A stretch of DNA of 64,000 nucleotides from NCBI GenBank assembly GCA_951406725.2, contig OX597834.1, positions 30,752,001-30,816,000 of the forward strand, given 5' to 3'. The position numbers were made by a program, and so were the translations under genes. This DNA is from Octopus vulgaris. Taxonomy: Eukaryota. Shown here piece by piece: positions 39,509 to 50,510 of this stretch (positions within the stretch are counted from its first letter, which is position 1; the number at the start of each line of letters is the position of its first letter). The notes under the pieces are model-generated. The model saw nothing but the letters and a program-made list of their open reading frames with translations, ran no database searches and was not told the DNA's origin.

Positions 39509-39584
39509 CTCGTAACCAGGCAGCTACTTGTTCTGGGTTCCAATTATCGAATCGAATATAATTTAAAAGGTTCCGTCGCCCCAT
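39509..39584 (-). CDS. cnk: CNK/CNKSR-like scaffold protein, coding exon 1 (start of SAM domain)
   Basis: Reverse strand reads ACC-ATG-G (strong Kozak context, in-frame TAA 18 codons upstream), MGRRNLLNYIRFDNWNPEQVAAWLR-G, then donor G|GTAATT. It is 76 nt (phase 1) and matches the W-x-P-x-Q-V-x-x-W-x-x-G start of CNK SAM domains. Too short for the ORF track. Confidence 0.9.
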
Positions 39585-40094
39585 GGTAAGATGATGGGCT
39601 ACCAGCAATGCTACTGGCTGTGTGAAACGGGTTCTTTAAAATTAACTATACGGTGGTGTATAAACGAGTATATATGTGTTTGAGTGTGTATGTATGAAAG
39701 AGAGAGATTGGTTGACAAGGAAGTATTTAGAGATACTACATTGTTGATGATGACACAGAACCTGACCTCACTTCCTTATAGTGGAACAGTGGGTTCATTT
39801 AGCCACTTCAGATAGATTTTTTATCCTGTGGTTTTACGTCTACGCTGAGCGGGGTTTCTTTCGTTTGCACTGTACTGTTCCGAATGTCAAGTTTATCTGG
39901 AGTTATTATGTATTTATATGGTCAAACAGACTCGAAAGAGGCAGTTGTTGATCTGTTGGCAAGGCTTGTGTTATTAAATAAAATCGATGAAAAAAAAAAA
40001 GTACAAAAACTTGCCGGGGTGAGTGGAAAATCCAACGTTTCGGACAGAGTTGTTCTTCAGAGAAAAGTTGAAAAGAGAAATTAACGAGAAATTA

Positions 40095-40125
<31 letters not shown>

Positions 40126-41879
40126 GTAGTAGTAGAGTTTATGTTTGGACAAGGTTGTTATTACTTGACTGTACACAAAACAATACTACCACCATTAACT
40201 ACAATCTCTGAATATTTGTTACCTTACCTAACTTAAAACAAACTGTCTGTCTATTCTGTCTGTCTGCATACATACCGACATACCTACCTACCTATCTACG
40301 TACCTACATACCTATTAACAATTATTACATACTCACTTCAAAAATGTCCTCTGCTCAGCACCGAATCTAGCCCCCCATTCACACTTTTAACTGACAACTA
40401 AGAAATATGCGAACATCACAAGCTACTAAAAACCATCACCAACAAGTGGGTGTGTGTTTGAAGGTTGTGGACGGCTTCAATGATAGTTAGTCCCTTACTA
40501 TTTTTTCTTCCCTGCTATATCCTTCTTCGTTGTCGGCTGCCCCTCCTAACTTCCCTACTTCTCTCTCTCGTCCTTCTCTGATCGAGACTTTGTTTTTTAG
40601 TGTCAGTCAGTTAAAGTCTGTCTCAACCCAACCAACAACAACAACAAAATATCTCAGGTCTGTCTCCCATTCATAGTTTTACGAACAACCCCTGATTTTT
40701 TTTCCTCCCCACTTCCATCTCACGAACATTCTCCACCTCTGCCATAGACATACATAACGTCCAGTATTTAATTTCCCATCCTTTATCTGCCATGCTAAGA
40801 ACGACTGCTGTTCATTTTATAAACTTAAACTCAGGATAGAAAAAGCAAGTCAGAGGGAAAATTTTAAAGATAAACACACACACAGAATATATATATTATA
40901 CCGATAAATATGCAAGAAGCAAAATATGAATTGCGTTAATTGCTTCTTCAAGGTGCTTTCATGATAAACTTAACTGTTGACTACTAAAACGATAATCGTT
41001 CCTTCGGACAAATTAAGAAATAAAACTAGTTCGGTAGACAAAACACAAACTGTTTAGGCAGACAGTTACAGCTAAAATAGACCAACTATATATGTTTTTT
41101 CCCTCCGATATATAAATAAATATTTCCTTCTGTGTCTACAGCAAACAATTATTGTTTCCGAGCTTCACATAATTTCGATACGAGAAGCAATTTGCTGGCA
41201 CATATATCTTTCTTGTTTGGCTCTGAATAGCGAATATCTGTTTAAATTAATAATTCCTATCTTCCACTCTATGAACGGTGTTTCTGTCTGTCAAACTATG
41301 TAATAATTCTTGCTCTTTTTTGCTTGTATTTCAGCTGTATCAGATAATAAGTGAGAGACGAGGACATGTAAACATTTCAAGCAAACGAAATAAGTCCGAC
41401 TTCCCCCAAAAAGAATATTTTTTTTCAAAAAATTACTCGACAAAGAGATAAAAAAGAAAGAAATAGTTTGTTATGCTTGTGTATGTGTCAAGGATATTTA
41501 AATGGTAAATGAAATAAATGTCAGCTAATTCCGTAGGAAGAAAATAACCGCATAAAAACGAACTCTGACGCAGCAAGATAATCAACAATTGCGAAGGTAG
41601 ACGAGGAGTGAATTATGTCCATGCCTTTCCAGAAGACCCCCCTGGAACGGTTCTGCGAGAAAGACAACTAAAAAAGTATTCGAACCAGTTGTTGCTTGGT
41701 TATTTGGTTAGTCGGTAGTGGTGTTAAGTAAATCCTTCAAGTCGTTAGCTGCCAACAGTGGCGGAATTTTGGTAATGCCTTCATGGTTGTAGTTGCCTGG
41801 TGAGGTTTCGCCATATCTTTCTTTCTCTCTCTCGTGTACGTCACAAGTTGTCTGCCTTGGCGTGGCATATTTTACATCT

Positions 41880-42374
41880 ATGCATGTATATTTGTATATG
41901 TATATTTGTATGTATATATATATATATATATGTTTGTGTGTATATATGTATGTATATACATACATATATAAATATATGTAAGTATATATGCATATATAAA
42001 TATATGAATGTATGCATATATATATGTGTGTGAATATATATAAATTTATATATACATATATGTGTGTGTGTGTATATGTATGTTTGTGTGGATATATGTA
42101 TGCATATACACATATATATATATATGTATTTATCTATATATATATGAATGTATGTATACATAAATGTGTGTGAATATATATAAATTTATATATACATATA
42201 TGTGTGTGTGTATATATGTATGTTTGTGTGGATATATGTATGCATATACATATATATATATATGTGTATTTATCTATATACACACACACACATATATATA
42301 TAAATATATGAATGTATGTATATATAAACGCGTGTGAATATATATAAATTTATGTTTGTGTGTATATATGTAGG

Positions 42375-42405
<31 letters not shown>
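41880..42405. repeat. TA/TG microsatellite with ~140-bp higher-order repeat
   Basis: GTGTGTGAATATATATAAATTTAT occurs three times. Confidence 0.75.
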
Positions 42406-43243
42406 CTGTTGAGGCAAGTGAAAATCAAAATGAAATCAAAACAAATCAAATCAAATCAAATCAAAACAAATCAAAATAGATGAACATTAATGGAATTGTA
42501 TCTTGTGGTACCAGTGCCGGTGGCACACAAGAAAACCATCCGAACGTGGCCGTAGCCAGTACCGCACCGACTGGCCTCCGTGCTGTGGGCACGTAACAAA
42601 CACCATCCGATCGTGGCCGTTCGCCAGCCTCATCTGGCACCTGTGTCGGTGGCACATAAAAACACCATCCGAAGACCCGGCAAGACTAGTCAGGCCATAA
42701 CCTGTGGCCCCTACCTGGGACTTAGTCAGTCCACCTGTGCATACCTTCCTTCTTGTGACACTTGTGAAGACCTGTTGAGGCAAGTGAAAATCAAATCAAA
42801 TCAAAACAAATCAAAATAGATGAACATCAATGGAATTTGTATCTTTGTGGTACCAGTGCCGGTGGCACGTGGCACACAAGAAAACCATCCGAACGTGGCC
42901 GTAGCCAGTACCGCATCGACTGGCCTCCGTGCTGTGGGCACGTAACAAACACCATCCGATCGTGGCCGTTTGCCAGCCTCATCTGGCACCTGTGTCGGTG
43001 GCACATAAAAACACCATCCGAGCGTGGCCGTCTGCCAGCCTCGTCTGGCACCTGTGTCGGTGGCACATAAAATCACTCACTACACTCTCGGAGTGGTTGG
43101 CGTTAGGAAGGGCATCCAGCTGTAGAAACACTGCCAGATCTGACTGGACTGGTGCAGCTTTCGGGCTCCCCAGACCCCAGTTGAACCGTCCAACCCATGC
43201 TAGCATGGAAAGCGGACGTTAAATGATGATGATGATGATGATG
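42406..43243 (+). mobile_element. Family D repeat: (TGA)n-tailed SINE-like element with 5' array of ~60-bp units (longest copy)
   Basis: Conserved 3' part GGAGTGGTTGGCGTTAGGAAGGGCATCCAGC...CATGCTAGCATGGAAAGCGGACGTTAAA(TGA)n. Other copies at about 4795-4965, 8783-8958, 19772-20120, 22580-22950, 29220-29650, 35664-35910, 37147-37277, 46029-46370, 52061-52410 and 57370-57780. Confidence 0.8.
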
Positions 43244-43270
43244 ATATATAAATATAATATATACAAATAT

Positions 43271-43307
<37 letters not shown>

Positions 43308-43324
43308 AATATAATAAGTATATA

Positions 43325-43400
<76 letters not shown>

Positions 43401-43854
43401 AGGCGCAATGGCCTAGTGGTTAGGGCAGCGGACTCGCGGTCGCAGGAGCGCGGTGATCCCTGGCAGGGGGTGGTGATCCCTGCTGTACTCTTTCTTCTGT
43501 TGGCCTGCTCGCTTAGCCAGCGGGGTGGCGTCATTCAAAGGTTAAAACAATGCGAACGCATTGTGACCAGCGATGTGTAACAACATCTGATGGTCTGGTC
43601 TGATATATATATATATATATAAGTAAATATATGTAAGTATATATATATAAATATATGTATGTTAGTATATGTTTGTATACATAAATGTGTGTGTATCATC
43701 ATCATAATTCAACCTCCACTTTCCATGCTGGCATGGGTTAGATGGTTTGACTGGATCTGGTAAGCTAGAGAGCTGCACCTGGTTCCAGTTTGGTTTGGCA
43801 TGTCCAATGATAATGATGATGATTTATATATGTGTGTGTATGCATGTGTATGTG

Positions 43855-43888
<34 letters not shown>

Positions 43889-44355
43889 TATACATATATA
43901 TTGAGTGAGAGAGCAGCGCATGCCATCAAAGTGACACTGGGGTACGTACAAATATATGAAGCCCAGTATATAGATCATGACTACCCGTCTGATAAGGGTA
44001 CACCAGGCACATGCATCACAACCATATGTGTACGACATGGTGATCTTATATCAAGATAACCAGTGCATAACCTTGCAAGTGGGGCCCAGTTAGAATTTTC
44101 TTCAGGTCAAGTAACCCATCCCACTCAAAAGGTCTCTGAGTAAGGTTTGTTTAAGAATGTTGAACAAAACACCCATGTTTCCAAGTGGATTATTCAAACC
44201 CCAAAGAATTCCTCTCAACTACTTCTGCTCGTGATCAGAGATGCACATATTGTCAGCCACTAAGGGACAGTTCTCAACTGGTTATGATCAAACAGCTGAC
44301 AAGCAAATCTGTGGTATTGTTAAGATCAGAAACCATGAGAGCCACTGTCTGGTAT

Positions 44356-44388
<33 letters not shown>

Positions 44389-44432
44389 CACATAGATATA
44401 CACACATATATAAATAAATAAATATATATATA

Positions 44433-44808
44433 GGCGCAGGAGTGGCTGTGTGGTAAGTAGCTTGCTTACCAACCACATAGTTTCGGGTTCAGTCCCACTG
44501 CGTGGCATCTTGGGCAAGTGTCTTCTGCTATAGCCTCGGGCTGACCAAAGCCTTGTGAGTGGATTTGGTAGACGGAAACTGAAAGAAGCCTGTCGGATAT
44601 ATGTATATATATATATGTATGTGTGTCTGTGTTTGTCCTCCTAGCATTGCTTAACAACCGATGCTGGTGTGTTTATGTCCCCGTCACTTAGTGGTTCGGC
44701 AAAAAGAGATCGATAGAATAAGTACTGGGCTTACAAAGAATAAGTCCCAGGGTCGAGTTGCTCGATTAAAGGCAGTGCTCCAGCATGGCCGCAGTCAAAT
44801 GACTGAAA
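44433..44808 (+). mobile_element. SINE family A
   Basis: Near full-length copy. Confidence 0.87.
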
Positions 44809-45261
44809 CGAGAATATATGGTATGTTCTCAGTACACTTGTTCACTGGGCCCCGTCCTCATCCATACCCCTTGCCCCTATATGTGGAGGCACGCGGATTA
44901 GTGGTCAGGGTGTTGGATTCAGGATTGTAAGATCATGGTTTCAATTCACAGACCAGACAGTGTGTTGTGTTCTTGAGCAAAACACTTCATTTCTCATTAC
45001 TTCAGTGTACTCAGCTGGCACAGAGATATGGGAGTAATCCTCCTGTGATGGACTAGCATCCCATCCATGGGGAGTGAGGAATATATGCACCACAGAAACC
45101 AAGAACCCAGCCTTTTGAGACTATATGACTTGGGAAGGATTTTTATCTTTTATGCCATTCCCCATGGCTCCTTTCACCTCTCATTTCTTTCTTTATCTCT
45201 TCCTTTGTGAAGGTGCCACTGGGCTTCAGTTTATCTCAGACTATACTAGATCTTATACCTG

Positions 45262-45480
45262 GAAGAAACGTTAGCACGCCGGGCGAAATGCGTAGCTGTA
45301 TTTCGTCTGCCGTTACATTCTGAGTTCAAATTCCGCCGAGGTCGACTTTGCCTTTCATCCTTTCGGGGTCGATAAATTAAGTACAAGTTACGCAATGGGG
45401 TCGATGTAATCGACTTAATCTGTTTGTCTGTCCTTGTTTGTCCCCTCTGTGTTTAGCCCCTTGTGGGCAGTAAAAAGAAA
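45262..45480 (+). mobile_element. SINE family C monomer
   Basis: Flanked by TATACTAGATCTT at 45242 and 45481. Confidence 0.82.
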
Positions 45481-46874
45481 TATACTAGATCTTCCCTAAC
45501 TCAACCCAGCTTCAACTCTCTCTCTCTCTCCCCCAGCAACTACCTCTAGCACTATCCTCTCCCTTACACTCATTTAATCACTGTCACCTCTGTTACCCCT
45601 TCCTCTACCAAACTTTCACAACAATATACCTGTTGCTCCCATCAGACTTCAACTTCTCTTCACACCTCAACTTAAGCTCAACCAAACTCTTCTTCTGTTC
45701 TTTCTCTTTGAGTCATAGCAACTCATCAGTTTTGGGAGCTGCAAAGTGACCTCACTAGCGCTCGTTGCTTCAGAGGTGTCAGTCATAGTTTGAGGAAGAC
45801 AATCTACACCTCATCATCGTTTTAACATCCACTTTTCTCTGCTTGCATAAAGTTGATTGGAATTTACTGAGGCAGGTATTTCTACAGCTGGATGCCCTTC
45901 CTGTCATTAACCCTCACCTGTTTCCAAGAAAGGTAATATTTCCCTATGGCATGACATGTTTTGTATGACAGTGACAATCATTTACAACTATCATGCGATA
46001 TCAAAACAAGGAGACACAAACACACACACATCATCATCGTTTAGCGTCTGCTTTCCATGCTAGCATGGGTTGGACGGTTCAACTGGGGTTTGGGAAGCCA
46101 GAAGGCTGCACCAGGCCCAGTCTGATCTGGCAATGCTTCTACGGCTGGATGCCCTTTCTAACGCCAACCACTCCGTGAGTGTAGTGGGTGTTTTTTACGT
46201 GCCACCGGCATGGTGGCCAGGTGAGGCTGGCAAACGGCCACGATTGGATGGTGCTTTTTATGTGCCACCAGCACAGGGGCCAGGCGAGGCTGGCAACGGC
46301 CACAAACGGATGGTGCTTTTTACATGCCACCGGCACGAGGCCAGTCGGGGCGCTGGCAACGGCCACACGTATCTATTTTAATATTTTGCTTAGGTATAGT
46401 GACACTAACAACCTGGTGTTAGAGCTTAATCTAGATCTGCTTCAGAAAGAAGTAAAGTATTGGTCGAGTACAGAGCAGTAATAAGAGATTACATAAGCTT
46501 CTTGCAGTTACTGTCAATCACATCCATTTAGAAGTCTTTGATTGGCCCAAGGTTATAACAGAAGACACTTGCCCAAAGAATCACACAGCGAGATTGATCC
46601 TGAAACTATGTGATTGGGAAGCAAACATTTCATATAAACCTATTAGAAATTTCGACTGCTTACACACATAGAAAATTCCATGATTTTTATAGTCTGCAGA
46701 CTTGTTGGAAATATATGAAATTTTGGACATTTTCTTCCAACAGAGAATGTGTGAAATAGAATTATGTACTTTGTTGCACCCAAACATGTTTAGATTGCAT
46801 ACATCCATACAGATGGTTAAGGGGAGGTGACAAGCACAGATACAATCTCTCTCTCTCTCACACACACACACATA

Positions 46875-48144
46875 TTTGGTCATCCCATAAATAATGTGTT
46901 TTTTTTTTATACTTCTTTCATTTTTCAAAATTAAGATGAAGTTTTTTTTTATTATCTAAAATATGATGATGATGACGATGATGGTGGTGGTGGTGGTGGT
47001 GGTGATGATGGTGATGATGATACTCTCCTTCATTTTCCACAAAGCTCTTCCAAAGCTCTTCCAGTACTGTTCTAATCTCGTCTACAAAATTCTTATTTTT
47101 TTCCATCCAAATGATTTTGAAGACTGCGGAATAAACGATAATCAGATGGGGCAATGTCTGGTGAATATGATGGGTAGGACTTCGTTTCCCATTCCAACTG
47201 CTCCAGCCTTTGGAATGTCATCCCTTGCTGTATGTGGCTGAGCATTATCCTGATGGAAGAACACCTTTTGTCTTGAAACCAAAGATGGTTGTTTTTCTTC
47301 TAGCGCTGACATAAGCTGCTCAAACTGCTCATTGTAGATCCTTGTTATCATTTGGTTTAAAAGTTCAAAGTGGACTGAACCTTTCATATCCCACCAAACA
47401 GATAACAACACCTTACGTGGGTGAAGACCTTCTTTAGCCTGGAGTGCCAGAGTTCCTCTTTTCCCTACCCACTGTCTTCAGTGATTGATATTTTTATAGA
47501 GGACACATTTCTCATCACCAGTCACTATTCGGTCCAAAAATGGTTCATTCTTGAGATGTGACAGCAAAGAAGAGCACACATTCACTCTCTGTGCGTGATA
47601 AGACTCGGAAAGTTTGTGAGGAACCCATTGACCCAATTTGCTGACTTTTCCGATGTTGATGAATTGTTGAATGACCAAATCCAATTCTCTGCTAGTTCCT
47701 CAACAGTTAAAAAGGGGTTTTGTTCCACCAGGGTTTGCAGGATGTCCTCATTGAGCCCTAAAGATCTTCTAGGATGTGGCTCATCTTCTAGGCTGTAGTT
47801 TCCAGCTCGGAATTTCTGGAACCACCACTGACACTGGCTTACGCTTATTGTCCAGTCCCCATATACTGCATCAATATTCCTCACACTTTCCATTGCGTTG
47901 TTGCCTTTATTGAATTCATAAAGCAAAATATGTTGAATATACTCCTTTGTCACTTCCATTATAGCTTTGAAAAAATATCTGTTAAAATCGAACTGCACTC
48001 TTCAAAACTTGCACTAAGAATAAGGACAAGGTAAAATTACTACCTGTTTTTATAGCAAGTTGATGCAGGTAGTTTATCCTGTCCCCTACCGACTTTTAGT
48101 TCATGCAATTAAAAAAACCACATTATTTATGGGATGACCCAAAA
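46875..48144 (-). mobile_element. Defective mariner transposon (DD34D type)
   Basis: TIRs TTTGGTCATCCCATAAATAATGTG ... CACATTATTTATGGGATGACCCAAAA flanked by TA. Frameshifted transposase from ATG 47959 with WVPHKL, VTGDEK, HQDNAQPH and YSPDIAPSDY motifs; (CAT/CAC)n tract near the C-terminus. Confidence 0.92.
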
Positions 48145-48674
48145 TATCAATATTAAAAACACAATGTGACTTGCCTTGACTAAAAGCAGCCCAATCTTCA
48201 ACAGCCATCTTCCTCTGTTTCTCCATTCAGTCACCTAATCCTGATGAGCTAGGTTCATTTGACAAACCTACAAAAGTAGCATGGAGCTGAATTAAGCTGT
48301 TATTAAATAATATAATATGTACATATATGAATGCAAAATAATTGAGATTCAGATGAATTAGGTATTTAAGTTGAGGTACCAAAAATTAGTGGGGTATTAT
48401 CCATACAATTTCAAAATAACGTGAATAAAATCAAAATAAGCAACAGGATATCCAGAGGTGATGCATTTAAATTGATGTAATGATTGCACTGTTCAATTGA
48501 ATGGAGCCGCTTGAAACAATCGTACTGCATCACCTATGGGTATCCTGTTGCTTATTTTGATATATATATATATATATATAAGTTCAGCAAAATTTAGATT
48601 CAAATGAATATGGTACCTAAGTCAGATGCACCAGAATTTTGTACGGTATTATCCATATAAATCCATGGGGTGAT

Positions 48675-48766
48675 TATAATCAAAGTAAGCAACAAGAATA
48701 TTGTCGGTAATTTGGTACGATCATACCAAATTACCGAAGATATTCTTGTTGCTTACTTTGATTATA
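48675..48766. repeat. 92-bp spacerless near-perfect palindrome
   Basis: Two 46-bp arms centred on GA|TC with 3 mismatches. Confidence 0.9.
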
Positions 48767-49051
48767 TATATATAAATATATATTAGAATGGGATTCCACA
48801 CAGTTTCCATCTTCCAAATTCACTCAGAAGGTATTGGTTGGCCAGGTGTTATAGAAGCAGACACTTTCCCAAATTGCCATGCAATGGGATTGAACCCGAA
48901 ACCATGTGGTTGCAGGGCAAGTTTCTTAATCACACAGTCACCCCTGCACCTATACACTTTCTTCTGTATGAAAACGCACTTATTGTATTCAGTGAGTACG
49001 TTGTGGTAGAACTTTACTCCTGTATAAATACATTTGTGAGTAGTTAAGACA

Positions 49052-49435
49052 GTAGAGGCGCAATGGCCCAGTGGTTAGGGCAGCGGACTCGCGGTCGTAG
49101 GATCGCGGTTTCGATTCCCAGAACGGGCGTTGTGAGTGTTTATTGAGCGAAAACACCCAAAGCTCCACGAGGTTCCGGCAGGGATGGTGGTGATCCCTGC
49201 TGTACTCTTTCACCACAACTTTCTCTCACTCTTACTTCCTGTTTCTGTTGTACCTGTATTTCAAGGGGCCGGCCTTGTCACTCTCTGTGTCACGCTGAAT
49301 ATCCCCGAGAACTACGTTAAGGGTACACGTGTCTGTGGAGTGCTCAGCCACTAACACGTTAATTTCGCGAGCAGGCTGTTCCGTTGATCGGATCAACCGG
49401 AACCCTCGTCGTCGTAACCGACGGAGTGCTTCCAC
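49052..49435 (+). mobile_element. tRNA-derived SINE, family B
   Basis: 11-bp TSD TAGTTAAGACA; inserted in the zinc-finger relic. Confidence 0.9.
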
Positions 49436-49714
49436 TAGTTAAGACACTATTTTCCTGAGAAGGATTCACCACAGATTTATTGCCTGTGTGAATATAAAGA
49501 TGAGTAATTAAGACAGTATTTCCAGAAAATGATTTACTGAAGATATTACAATGATATGGCTTCAAACCAATATGAATGTGTTTGTATTTAGTTAGAGTAC
49601 AACTTTCAGTGAACAATTTATTAGAGATATCAGTGATAATGTTTCTTTCCTGCATGAATACGTATTTCAGTAGTGAAAACATTATTAATTTGAGAGAATG
49701 ATTTATCATAGATG

Positions 49715-50134
49715 GGATCTTTTCAGTTTGACCGGCAGTTTTTTAAAAATAATTTCCACGTAGCTAAACACTTTTAAACTTCGTATACTGGTAGAATGTG
49801 TTTATAAAACATCTTTTTCTCTTGGCTTTATTGAGAAAATTCTATAGTTTGTAAGATATTTGTTGCTTTTTTTTCTTCAATTTCTGCAATTTCAACCAAT
49901 CAATGACGTCTATTGAGGTGAAAACATTCTGTGCCGTATGAATATGTCCCTCGTTTAAGAAACAGATTGGGTTTATTTACATTTCTGAAGAAAAAAAGAT
50001 ACCCTTCCGCCCACCCCTAACCCTAACCCTAAAACAGATTGAAATGCAATAGATCGATACTAGGGTCATAATTATGGGTGACAATTTCATATGACACCGC
50101 TAGAAAAAAACTGCTGTTCAAACCGAAAAGATCC
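49715..50134. mobile_element. ~420-bp MITE with GGATC termini, 8-bp TSD and internal (CCCTAA)3
   Basis: TIR GGATCTTTTCAGTTTGA / TCAAACCGAAAAGATCC; TSD CATAGATG/CACAGATG; second copy at 60728-61143. Confidence 0.85.
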
Positions 50135-50194
50135 CACAGATGTCACAGTGATGTAGTTTCTATCCTGGATGAAAATGCTTGCAAGTAGTTCAGT

Positions 50195-50510
50195 TTTTTT
50201 TTCTTCTTGTTTGTTCCTTCTCGAGCCATGCATGGCTCATAAGGGCCAGTTTCCCGGTTTCTTGGCTTATAGGTTCCCCATCTGGACGGGACACCGGTCC
50301 GTCACAGGTGAGCTGCAAGATGCAGGAGGAAAGAGTGAGAGAAAGTTGTGGCGAAAGAATCAGCAGAAGTTTCACCATTACCTTCTGCCGGAGCTGCGTG
50401 GAGCTTAGGTGTTTCACTCATAAACACACACATCGCCCGGTCTGAGATTCGAACCCGCAATCCCTCGACCGTGAGTCTGCTGCTCTAACCACTAGGCCAT
50501 GTGCCTCCAC
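50195..50510 (-). mobile_element. SINE with family-B-like head and a different body
   Basis: Reverse strand starts GTGGAGGCACATGGCCTAGTGGTTAG; related to 31352-31660. Confidence 0.7.

Noticed and set aside
42490-43080. CRISPR-like look of ~60-bp units with conserved and variable halves
   Set aside because: The variable parts are homologous to each other, there are no cas genes, the context is eukaryotic and the units belong to the family D repeat.
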